From Macrostomum lignano (lineage: Eukaryota), in assembly GCA_002269645.1 (NCBI GenBank), contig NIVC01000041.1, positions 62,001-126,000 on the forward strand: a stretch of DNA of 64,000 nucleotides, read 5' to 3'. Both the position numbers and the translations under genes were made by a program. The notes under the pieces were generated by a model. The model worked only from the letters and a program-made list of their open reading frames with translations. It had not been told where the DNA came from and searched no databases. Numbering within the stretch: position 1 is the first letter of the stretch; the number at the start of each line of letters is the position of its first letter. Positions 1 through 12,500 of the stretch are shown in pieces.

Positions 1-959
1 ACAACCTGGCAACATTGGGAAGTCAATGATGATAGCATATTTTACAAATCAATTAGCTAATTGAAAAAAAAGATAATTTTTATTCGAATGAAATTAACTT
101 CGAATTTCATCTAAAGCCAGCCTGGAGCGTGTTCGAAATAGTGTACCGGAACTCGGCAGAATGCGATATTCGAGTATGAGCACTGATTATTTGACTGAGC
201 AATGCGTCCCGTCTCCCTGCTCATTCTCTGGCTGAGATTCTGAGTACGAGTAACACATTATTGTGGGACTTGTGCCCGAAAATTGGTCGTGCGATTCACA
301 GTTATGAGGGCCAAACCCCAGCATGTGATCTTGGTTATAAAATTAGTGCTTTTGGATAATGTGAGGCCGTACTTATGTATGGAAAGTTGTAAAATCATCT
401 CACATCATATTCACCGCGGCCTAAACACGATTGAAATTTTAGAACCAACACAAGAGAACATGTTGACTAGCTTGTACTTGAAATTCCTGAGATGCAAAGC
501 CCGAGACAAGATTACAGAAATCACCCCATCCCGTTAATCCCACCCACGACATTCTGGGACTGGCTTGATCCAACTCTATAGCTCTTCGATATACTCGTGT
601 GCGGAGCCAGTACTGGCTTATCGTCCTTAATCATGCTCAGAAAATAGCCCGCAGACAGATGAAGGAGAGCCGCGGAGGCCGCGATCGCAGTTCTGTTTGG
701 TATCAGCTATGTTAGTAACGCTATATGCGCGATCGAATTTGCTTAGGAAAGCGTTAATACAGTTGCGCAGTTTTGAGTGACTAAGTCAAGCCTTGGGGGC
801 CTGTCTGCTTTCTAGTGCTGTCCTTTTGTGTCTGGTTGTCATAATTGTAAAGTCATTTTCACTACTGTCTGTCTTTATCAGTTTGGTTATTCATTGTCAC
901 ATACTGTCCACTTGTCCGTCAGTCTTTTACGGGGTAACGTCAGCCTGTCTGTCTATCTG

Positions 960-1440
960 CCTGTCTATTAGCAGCATACTGTCTGTGTCTGCCTGTCTAT
1001 TAGCAGCATAGTGTCTGTGTCTGCCTGTCTATTAGCAGCATAGTGTCTGTGTCTGCCTGTCTATTAGCAGCATGGTGTCTGTGTCTGCCTGTCTATTAGC
1101 AGCATAGTGTCAGTGTCTGCCTGTCTATTAGCAGCATGGTGTCTGTGTCTGCCTGTCTATTAGCAGCATAGTGTCAGTGTCTGCCTGTCTATTAGCAGCA
1201 TAGTGTCTGTGTCTGTCTGTCTATTAGCAGCATAGTGTCTGTGTCTGTCTGTCTATTAGCAGCATAGTGTCTGTGTCTGTCTGTCTATTAGCAGCATAGT
1301 GTCTGTGTCTGTCTGTCTATTAGCAGCATGGTGTCTGTGTCTGTCTGTCTATTAGCAGCATAGTGTCTGTGTCTGTCTGTCTATTAGCAGCATAGTGTCT
1401 GTGTCTGCCTGTTTATTAGCAGCATGGTGTCTGTGTCCGT
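960..1440. repeat. ~32-bp minisatellite (CTATTAGCAGCATAGTGTCTGTGTCTGCCTGT)n
   Basis: Direct tandem copies visible; lies upstream of the first visible K2P exon. Confidence 0.95.
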
Positions 1441-1992
1441 CTGTCTGTCAATCACCCTTGAACTGCCCCCCTCCGCTTGCCCATTTCTGTCAACCCGTTT
1501 CGCACCCCAGTCTATTTTCACAGGCCAATGCCATCTGTTAACGAACGCCAAAAGTGCAAACTCGACCGCGTGTGGGGAGAAATTAGAAATGGGAAGTTAA
1601 TAAGACTACCAATCCCGACAGCCTTGACTAAGATTTAGCCGAAATCCCCTTCAATTTGAGCCGGGACTGAAACTCGGCTCCCCACGGGAACACAAAATTG
1701 CCCCAAGAGGCGACTGAGCTGTAAGGAGCCGGGGAAGAAGCAGTTGGGATCTTGGCAAGCGATTGTCTTGGGCAACTGGCTCCTAAAATGCAGAACTTAG
1801 TTTCAAACAAGTGTTATAAGACAGTGAAAACTCTCAACATACAGTTGCTTTTTTCGAAACGAATTTTGCAAAGATTTTTTTGCATAGCGCTGAATGGGGC
1901 TTCACCTTGGGCAAGGCGAGTCGAGAAAAAATCTGAGCTAGAAATTCTTCTAGAAGCCAATCAAATTACCCAACAACCGCCCGCACTGCCAG

Positions 1993-2210
1993 GCTACGGG
2001 CACGCAGCTCCGAAGTCCAAGCTCGGCATGATCTGCACCATCGTGTGCGCATTCTTCGGCATCCCGCTGATGTTCCTCTACCTGAACAACATCGGCGACT
2101 ACCTGGCTGACGGGTTCCGCCTGCTCTACACCAACCTGTGCCGGCCCTATTTCAAAAGGTTCCGCCTGTGCGGCAGTCGCAACCAGCCTGACTCTCAGGG
2201 AGCGGCAGCG

Positions 2211-2248
<38 letters not shown>

Positions 2249-5200
2249 TGCCGGAGGCGACCCGGCGGGCCAGGCCGCGGCTGCGAAGTTTGCCTTCGAC
2301 ATCATCCGCGTCAAAAAGCGATTTGCCCAGCCTCTGCTGCCGTCGGCCGCCGCCGGATTGGGCGTCCATCGCAACAGCCTTGGAGGCTTCGACGAAAGCC
2401 GAGGCCTCAGCGGTGGGGTCACCAAATCGGCGACGCTGCCGCCTGGGCTCCGGCTGAGCAGCTTCGACTCGCCGAAGCCGGACCCGGACGATCCTCGGGC
2501 TCGCCGAGCGTTCGTCACCTCGCGGCTGCTCCCAGCTAAGCAGCTGAAGCCGCAGTCGCCGCCGCCGCCAGAGCAGCACCGCCAACTCCTGCAACGTAGC
2601 GCATCGACACCGCAGCCACGGCTGCGCGCAGCTTCCGCCTCGGTCTCCGAGGAGGGGGACGAAGCCAACGAAGCGCCGATCGTTGATTGGCGCTATTTGG
2701 GCGTCCCAGCTGCAGAGAGAAACAGTAGTGGTGCTTCTGCCGCCACCACGCCGACATCAGCGACCGGCCAACCGGCCCCTGCGGCAGCCGACAGCGAGAA
2801 ATACTCTCAGCCGAGGCGCATCAGCTACATCAGCTTGGACGTCGGCGATTCGAGTAGCGACGACAGCAGCGGCGCAACTTCGAGCAGCTCCAGCTGCGAG
2901 GACGACGACAACAGCGACAAGCCGAAACCCGCCAATGGCGACATTTACGACGCCGGAGGCCAGTCTCGTCGAGCTTCGTCGGACAAGCTCCGTCAACGTC
3001 TGCGTCACGTGACAGTGCCGCTGAGCCTGTCAATCGGAGTGATGATCGGATACGTTGTGCTCGGGGCTTTCATGTTCACGTTCTGGGAGACGGCCGATTA
3101 CGTCAAGTGGTCCTACTTCTGCTTCATTACGCTCAGCACTATTGGCTTTGGCGACATTGTGCCAGGTGAGAATGATTCTTAAATACGTTTTTTTATCATT
3201 TTTTAGACACAGAAGACAGAAATGGAGATAGATATAAACCATACCCAGCAATGCATTGATGCTTTTTCAGTATGTATTTAGTCAGCCAAAATTAGTCAGT
3301 TTCTCATGGTCTATTTCTCGATGCTATATCTCTGACCCAATAGAGCACGAAGTCCAGTTACTTTAATTGAGAAATACCTGTATCAAGGCAAAGCGCTTAA
3401 TGATCCGTAAGCAGAAAGTCTACATTTTCTAGTTGAGAAAGAGAATAAAGAAATCTTTCTGTCGTGCCTGACTCATTCAAGTACGTTCTAACTTATACGT
3501 AAAGAGTTAATATAATCCGTCTACGAGCTGGGTTGCCAAATGCAAGCATTCACAGGTAAGACCAACTTGTGCTTTGCCAATTCCAGTTCGATTTTATTGC
3601 GAGTATCGAAGCCCTTTGAACGTTCGCTAACACATCTCGTACTAATAAAATAATTTGTAGGAGACACTGGTAGTGTCCTTAGTAGTTCTGTTGTCTTTCA
3701 CTGAGAAAGAGCAAATAAATTCCCGACACCATTCTACTGACTTGATGTCCTTGGACCCATTAATAAGTTCCTACGAATGTATTCTACATAAGCCTTCGAT
3801 TCGAATTAATCACATCGGAATATGGCTTAAACAGGTCCTCTCCAGAATAATTTTATTTATTCTACTGACTGGGGATTCCCATCGGGACAGTAAAAAACTT
3901 TAAATGACCCATCGGACGCAAGCGTATATTTAGAAGCTATACAAACTAACAAAATTGTCAGCTCTTAGCTGATTAATGCGAGCGAGCTTCCATGAACGGG
4001 AGTCGCGTGCTGGTGCACAATTTGAACACCAACCTTCGGAGTTTACCGGAATTTTTTAGGAAAACTTCTGCCTCAATTGTATCCCAATTTGCGTGAACGA
4101 CCGGGGAATAGCGAAATGAACACGGCCTGGCAAAGCAGGCACTTTTGCATCATCTTGCCTGGTTTGAGACTTCGTTAGAGAGACGCTTTTGATTGTAAAG
4201 GTAAAACAAAACTGAAAATGAACGAGGCGACTACGCAGTGCGTGTAATTGAGGTCTCTATTGTTATTTTTGCAGTGGTTGGGGGCGGGGGGCAAAAGCAG
4301 CTGTTGCTTGTGCCTGTCTGCTTGTGTCTACGTCGGTATATGTGTCCAACTTCTTACAGGGATTATCTCAATAGCTAAATAGGATCCGAGAATCAGCAGC
4401 GGCAGGCTTGTTTTGATTGGGAAGAAGAAGATTGAAGATTACTCAACGGGTCGACGTAAACTATTTCACTGAGACATAGTTTTATGCGATCATATGCATG
4501 TTTTTATGAACGCATTTAGCTGATGTAGGTGGGCAGGTAGGTAGTTAGATAGGCATATTGGTTAGTTGATTGGTTGATTGGTTGGTTGGTTGGTTGGTTG
4601 GTTGGTTGGTTGGTTGGTTGGTTGGTTGGTTGGTTGGTTGGTTGGTTGGTTGGTTGGTTGGTTGGTTGGTTGGTTCGTTCGTTGGGGTTAGCATTGACTT
4701 TACAATAACAAATTTCTAGTAAATTATAAGCTAAGAGATACGTAGAACCCACGGTGGCCGGCAATGCAAGGGAGTTAGAAATACCAAATCATGAAGAAGC
4801 AGCGTTTGCACGTGCTGCGCAGTTATTAACAATAATGCCCATCCGTCAGCCCTCTTCGTTTCACAACTTTATCCGAGTGGCAAATTGTTTACTTCATCGA
4901 GGAGTCTTTACAACCTCGTTTGTAACATCCGCGAGTTTCTGTCTACATTTCTAAGACATCGTGTTCCATGGTACTTAGTTATCAATACGTGACCCTGAGA
5001 AATTCAGAAATTCGACACATCAATACCTTTTACGAGCATGGAAAAAATAGAGTGAAACACGTCGCTTTTTTGTGACGTGAAGTGACAAAGCTGAACTCTC
5101 TCATTAATGGGACGTTTAATAAGACAATACTTTAAAAAGAGTATTCTATCGTGAACAGAATGGACCTTGATCAGTTACGGTTGTATAACTCAGTTCATGA

Positions 5201-7875
5201 AACAAGAGGTACCTATAAATATTTTTAGTTCAAACTTGGTAGCTTGTACACTTTCACCTTCACAGGGATTATCTCAATAGCTAAATAGGATCCGAGAATC
5301 AGCAGCGGCAGGCTTGTTTTGATTGGGAAGAAGAAGATTGAAGATTACTCAACGGGTCGACGTAAACTATTTCACTGAGACATAGTTTTATGCGATCATA
5401 TGCATGTTTTTATGAACGCATTTAGCTGATGTAGGTGGGCAGGTAGGTAGTTAGATAGGCATATTGGTTAGTTGATTGGTTGATTGGTTGGTTGGTTGGT
5501 TGGTTGGTTGGTTGGTTGGTTGGTTGGTTGGTTGGTTGGTTGGTTGGTTGGTTGGTTGGTTGGTTGGTTGGTTGGTTGGTTGGTTGGTTGGTTGGTTGGT
5601 TGGTTGGTTGGTTGGTTGGTTGGTTGGTTGGTTGGTTGGTTGGTTGGTTCGTTCGTTGGGGTTAGCATTGACTTTACAATAACAAATTTCTAGTAAATTA
5701 TAAGCTAAGAGATACGTAGAACCCACGGTGGCCGGCAATGCAAGGGAGTTAGAAATACCAAATCATGAAGAAGCAGCGTTTGCACGTGCTGCGCAGTTAT
5801 TAACAATAATGCCCATCCGTCAGCCCTCTTCGTTTCACAACTTTATCCGAGTGGCAAATTGTTTACTTCATCGAGGAGTCTTTACAACCTCGTTTGTAAC
5901 ATCCGCGAGTTTCTGTCTACATTTCTAAGACATCGTGTTCCATGGTACTTAGTTATCAATACGTGACCCTGAGAAATTCAGAAATTCGACACATCAATAC
6001 CTTTTACGAGCATGGAAAAAATAGAGTGAAACACGTCGCTTTTTTGTGACGTGAAGTGACAAAGCTGAACTCTCTCATTAATGGGACGTTTAATAAGACA
6101 ATACTTTAAAAAGAGTATTCTATCGTGAACAGAATGGACCTTGATCAGTTACGGTTGTATAACTCAGTTCATGAAACAAGAGGTACCTATAAATATTTTT
6201 AGTTCAAACTTGGTAGCTTGTACACTTTCACCTTCACAGGGATTATCTCAATAGCTAAATAGGATCCGAGAATCAGCAGCGGCAGGCTTGTTTTGATTGG
6301 GAAGAAGAAGATTGAAGATTACTCAACGGGTCGACGTAAACTATTTCACTGAGACATAGTTTTATGCGATCATATGCATGTTTTTATGAACGCATTTAGC
6401 TGATGTAGGTGGGCAGGTAGGTAGTTAGATAGGCATATTGGTTAGTTGATTGGTTGATTGGTTGGTTGGTTGGTTGGTTGGTTGGTTGGTTGGTTGGTTG
6501 GTTGGTTGGTTGGTTGGTTGGTTGGTTGGTTGGTTGGTTGGTTGGTTGGTTGGTTGGTTGGTTGGTTGGTTGGTTGGTTGGTTGGTTGGTTGGTTGGTTG
6601 GTTGGTTGGTTGGTTGGTTGGTTGGTTGGTTGGTTGGTTGGTTGGTTGGTTGGTTGGTTGGTTGGTTGGTTGGTTGGTTGTTGGTTGGTTGGTTGGTTGG
6701 TTGGTTGGTTGGGTTGGTTGGTTGGTTGGTTGGTTGGTTGGTTGGTTGGTTGGTTGGTTGGTTGGTTGGTTGGTTGGTTGGTTGGTTGGTTGGTTGGTTC
6801 GTTCGTTGGGGTTAGCATTGACTTTACAATAACAAATTTCTAGTAAATTATAAGCTAAGAGATACGTAGAACCCACGGTGGCCGGCAATGCAAGGGAGTT
6901 AGAAATACCAAATCATGAAGAAGCAGCGTTTGCACGTGCTGCGCAGTTATTAACAATAATGCCCATCCGTCAGCCCTCTTCGTTTCACAACTTTATCCGA
7001 GTGGCAAATTGTTTACTTCATCGAGGAGTCTTTACAACCTCGTTTGTAACATCCGCGAGTTTCTGTCTACATTTCTAAGACATCGTGTTCCATGGTACTT
7101 AGTTATCAATACGTGACCCTGAGAAATTCAGAAATTCGACACATCAATACCTTTTACGAGCATGGAAAAAATAGAGTGAAACACGTCGCTTTTTTGTGAC
7201 GTGAAGTGACAAAGCTGAACTCTCTCATTAATGGGACGTTTAATAAGACAATACTTTAAAAAGAGTATTCTATCGTGAACAGAATGGACCTTGATCAGTT
7301 ACGGTTGTATAACTCAGTTCATGAAACAAGAGGTACCTATAAATATTTTTAGTTCAAACTTGGTAGCTTGTACACTTTCACCTTAAGTTACGGCCAAAAA
7401 GGCTCAAGTACCACCCGATTTGACATTTACATGAGCCTAGACAGCAGCCAACTACTGAAGTTTTCTCCTACTCTTGATTTCTCGGACAGGCACCGAAGTG
7501 AACACGCAGAACCCCAAGGAGAAGCTGATAGCGACAACTCTGTACGTAGCCATCGGCCTGTCAGTATTCGCAATGTGCTTCAAGCTCATGCAAGAGGAGG
7601 TTGTCCAGAAGGTGCGTCGACTTGGTCGAAGACTGGGCATAGTGGCTGTGGACCCGGCTGTGGCGGCGGCAGCTGCCGCAGCTAAAGCGAAATCGTCTGC
7701 CTCATCGACAGCAGCGGCGCGACGGAAAGAGGCGCGACGGAAGCGACGTCGGAGGCGTCAGCGCCGACTGCAACGCCAGCGTCAGGAAGCTGACGCAGTC
7801 AAATCTGGTGTCGCGGCGTCAGCGACCGGGACAACTCCAACAACCGTTTTTAGTGTGAAATTTAGCGGTGATTAG
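1993..7875 (+). CDS. Two-pore-domain (K2P/TWIK-family) potassium channel; 5' exons lie outside the window. Visible exons 1993-3165 and 7490-7875
   Basis: Exon opens at AG|GC TAC GGG: end of P1 (GYGHAAPK) plus M2 ([29 protein letters not shown]). M3 is [21 protein letters not shown] and P2 is [21 protein letters not shown] phase-1 intron joins to M4 ([27 protein letters not shown]) and the stop at 7875. Confidence 0.93.
4356..7384. repeat. Tandem triplication of a ~0.9-1.15-kb intronic unit (4356-5261, 5262-6235, 6236-7384), each copy with a (GGTT)n array
   Basis: Unique parts appear identical by eye: each starts ACAGGGATTATCTCAATAGC and ends TACACTTTCACCTT. The same 66-aa ORF recurs at 4754, 5728 and 6878. 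Copies differ in GGTT array length. Confidence 0.95.
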
Positions 7876-9554
7876 TAGCTAGTAGATTGCTTCAGTTCAA
7901 AGAGTGACCTACTCTAAAGGAATAGTGACATGCCCTTAAAGTTAGTGACCTATCAGACCTACCTTGTGATCTATCCCTATCAGAGTTCCTCCCACAGGCA
8001 GACATTCAGTGACAAAAAGGGATAAAATGGGGATCTCGTGTGAACTTAAGGCTCTAGAATGGTGTGGACAGCCTATCTGTGATTGGACTCCGTGTATATA
8101 TTAAGTTCAGTCAGTAGCTCACTGTATTTACGAGCTAGATTTGGCGTAAGCTTTTAAACTTAAGTCTATAAATTTAAAATGAAACAGTTTTCTCATTAAT
8201 CGATTTTCACTCTTTGTTCTTCAATCGATTCTAGAGAGAAAACTACAACAGGGCGTGGTTTTGTAGCCTCTTGGCTGGGTGTACATTCCTTAAGCGATGG
8301 CCTAAGACGGCGTTATTTCTGCCCCACTTTGGGCAACTCCCCTTACTCCCTTACCCCCATAAAGTATATGTACACACAATGTACACCTCAAATGTACACT
8401 TTATAGCCCCAAACTGGCCAGCCCAAGGCCAGCAACCTCACTCCGCCTCCCCGTATCTGTCACTCTCGCACAAGCGTCTCGGAGATGACCCTCCGATGCA
8501 TTTATTTGCACTGAGAGGACAAAATTGTTATAATAAATTAAATTAAAGTACATGTTTTGTGCTTCAATTGTAGTTATCAATGTATTTCCAGAGTTTCGGT
8601 TACCAGTTTCGGTTGTAGTTTGAAATGTTTCGTATTTTTGTCAACAAACATTAGAGCAGAGACTGTCTGTACTCCTTAATCACATGTTCGAAATAGTCAA
8701 CGTGATGAATGAATTTCTCTATAATTCCAGGCCATATAGTGACATGAGAGACAAGCACAAGTACAATGTGTCTTCTCTCGCCTTTCTATAATTAATTATA
8801 TCCTAAAATCTAGCTCATAAGTTTACTGATATCAGGCTGCTGGGGCCAATTTTATACAGCTGTTGTCAGAAATTTGTTTTCCTGGTTATTGCGTGTCGAA
8901 CTGGCACCATTCTCGGCCTCCTGCACTCGAAATGAGATCACAAAGTCAGATAATATTTATAACTCTGTGACGCCCTACATGTCTGGCCGCTGAAACAACG
9001 GAAGTGCCAAAAAGTTGTCCAATTTTGTAAAAAAATCTTGTTTTGTTTAAACCATGAAATACTTGCCAAAAAGTTATCTATATACCAGGTATAAATTCTG
9101 ATAATGATACTTTAGGACTGCAACACCTTTCAGTGCATGAATTAAATGGACTTGTATGACTGTCTTTCACAACGACTCGTTCATTTCTCAGCACCCCTCC
9201 ACTTCATCCACAACAATAATGGTAAGTAAAAGCAAAATAAGTGTAGAAGCCAGATACGCTTCGTCTATGAATTAGAAGAAAAACGCAGGTTTTTTATTAA
9301 AATACACTTTAAACAGTCAGTATTTTATTTTTAATAGTTCGAACAGAAACTCTTTAATAAACGACATAGCCGAAAAACAGAAAATCAATAAGCATTAAAT
9401 TTGTTTACAAGATTGAAAATTGTATTTGGATATCGCAGTCTGTTTCACTCGTTACCATCCATGCTTTACTACTGTAAGTAGACGGTTCTCGAGGGGCGGA
9501 GAGTTAGTAAAAATCAGTCTCAAAATAAATAGTGCCTGTCTAGCAGCAATGGAT

Positions 9555-12500
9555 CTACTTTGCGGCCACAGCTTTCCCGTTGGCGCCCCCGTTGCCACCG
9601 CCCCGAGCTTTGGAGCTCTGACGCGACTTCTCGTTGGCCATGGCCAGCCGCCGGATGTTGGCGATACAGCCGGAAGCGGCCAGCTGGAGCGCTTCATCGT
9701 CGGAGCCGACCAGGCCCAGGAGGTGGCGCACCACGCCGCACTCGTGCATGGTGATGCAGTTGTCGGGGTGTCGGCTGAGTTCGTGCAGAGCGCGGGCCGT
9801 GCTGCGGTGCACTTTGGGATCCTGGCATGGTTGGCGGGTGATTCTATGAATTTGTGACTGAGGCAGCGATTCTGGAGGGTGAGTACTCAGGGTCTACTCA
9901 GGTCAGGAAACTGAGGGATATTCTCAGTTTCCCAGTCGACAATGAGCTTCTGATGTCTCCCTAGAGTATATAGAGTGGCCTCTTCAAAGCGGATAGAGTG
10001 ACCGCACTATCCATAAAAAATAGTGTAATATCAACGAGGACAGAATGACCTCCTTCGGGAACAGGATGACGTCATAAAGATACTCATGGAACGACCACTA
10101 GTGAAATATACGTAACTTAATTTAACCTCCCATGAGGCTAAAGCAATCTCATCTATTAGGTACTGTAGAATAAGCCAACTAAGCGCTCACCTTTACGCGC
10201 AGGTAAGACACGAGCGGCGCCACAGCGCCCTCCTTGCCGAACACAATCCTGTTGTTGCCCCAGGCGCAGCAGCAAGCGATGGCCTCAGACAGGTGCCGCT
10301 TCAACTCCTCGTCTTGGGTGCGCGTCAGGCCGGCAAGCAGGGGAATGACGCCGTGGTCGGTCAGAACGGCGAGGTTCTCTTCGTCTTTGGCGATGCTGGC
10401 GACAGCCGCACAGATTGCGGCGAGCACCTGCGTAGAGTGGAAGACTTTTTATAGCTCGTAGCTCCTTTGAAAATATTTTCGGGAAGTAATATCTTCCCTT
10501 GATATCCCATGATACCTTCCGGCCAATTTTCATGCACAAGCCTCAAATGAACTTTGTCTGTGCACGGAATCAAAGCAGGGCTCGCTGCGCGAGAGTCAGA
10601 CGCCTTTGCGTCTCCGTTCCAAGGCAACTAACGCAAAAGCGAGTGGCAAAATTAAGCTGAGCTCCAGTCCATTCTTTTATGATTGGGTAGCAGGTCTGGG
10701 AGTTTGCGACCCCCCAGGCTTACCTTGATGTTGTCCGATCTGAGCAGGTGCACGATGAGCTCGAGGCCACCAACGTAGGATCGGACCATCTCGCCAGCGT
10801 CGTTGACGTTGTCGATGCACGGACAGATTGCGTAGGCGGCGCTGGCCTGCACCTCCGGGTTCGGGTTCTTCAGCAGCGACCACAGCAGCCGGACGCCATC
10901 CATTCTGTCGATGATGGCCATGTTCTCTTTCTCTTGGGCGCAGCGGCCAACGGCTCTGGTAGTGTTCACCAACAGAGCCTGGTTGGTGCCCGTCAGCAGC
11001 TGCACCAGGGGACCAATGCCGCCGGCCTTGCGAATGGCGTGCCGATTCTCCTTCTCTGCCGCCATCTCGCCGAGGGCGCCGACTACGTTGACGAGGACCT
11101 GAGGAGGAGGGGGAAGGGAAGGAGGCGGAGTGCTTTGTCTTTCTCTTCGTGCCGTGTCTCTGGTGCGTCATTATTCGGTACTGTCTTTCTCGTTGACTAC
11201 TGTTTTTTATGGTCTTCGTGTCCTTCTTATGGACTACTGTCTTCTCATGGACTACTGTCTTCTCATGGACTACTGTCTTCTCATGGACTACTGTCTTCTC
11301 ATGGACTACTGTCTTCTCATGGACTACTGTCTTCTCATGGACTACTGTCTTTTCATGGACTACTGTCTTCTTATGGACTACTGTCTTCTTATGGACTACT
11401 GTCTTCTCATGGACTACTGTCTTCTCATGGACTACTGTCTTCTCATGGACTACTGTCTTCTCATGGACTACTGTCTTCTCATGGACTACTGTCTTCTCAT
11501 GGATTACTGTCTTTCTTATCCTTCTCGTCTACTACCGTCTGTCTATCATGACTTCTCAAATAGCTGGATGAATCATTCGAACATGCACTGTCTACAGCAT
11601 GCAAAGGTTGTCGTGATTAATTTAAGTGAAATATCAAAAGTCGTCGCTCTCATAACTTCGGGGGGAGGCGAGAGGCTTAGTGAAATAGTCTGTTACCGCG
11701 GTTCTTAAGCTGTGTTTAGGCTGATAGATTGGTATTGATTAGCAGGTAGGTGACACCTCGTGAATGTAAAACTTCAGTTAGTAAAGCAGATTCTTTGTTT
11801 TATATTCTCAACTTCCTCGGTTTTGCAGAGCCACAGTGATAATGGCTACCAACTGGGCATGCAGTGGAAGTGTACAGAGCAGAGCTGAGTTAAAATTTGA
11901 ATTTCAAAGAAATATTCGGGGTAAAGGTGATCGAGGTGATTTTGAAATTTTGGTGCAAAATATGGGTAAATTTGGTGATCTCCTGAATGACACACATTGT
12001 AACCCAGAGAGGTCAGCAACAAATCCGGGTCCATGCTCCACCATCTGTTCTGAAAAAAAATTATAATCATTGTGCAAGCATTTCCCCGTAATTTCTTTCT
12101 CTCCCAACAACTCAAACAACTTGATTATCTAGCAGGTCAGTAGTATGGTTAGAATAAATGGTTTACCATATAATAATGCAATAATGAAATGCAAAAGTTT
12201 TCATGCAACAAGGAGAAATGGCGAATGCAGTGAGTGGGGTAAAACAGTAGCATGCGATTCCTAAACTGTGTGAAATCTCCGCATATAGCTCGTAGTACAC
12301 CTCCGTTTGGTGTACTTTAAGCATGTTAATGATTTGGCGATAGGAAATGCAGGACAAGCAAGCAAACATGCTGTTGACATTGGTTACATATGGAGGCCTG
12401 TGATAGGATCCAACTGGTTCCCATTGCTGCAATGTTTAGAATAATGTTTTGAGTCATATTTCATAGAGCGGGAGGATGCACACTTGCAGAGTCTTGGTTT

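Noticed and set aside
4516-7078. Repeated ORFs (PTNQ)n, (LVGW)n and the thrice-repeated 66-aa [12 protein letters not shown]
   Set aside because: These are products of the (GGTT)n microsatellite and the tandem triplication, with no recognisable domain.
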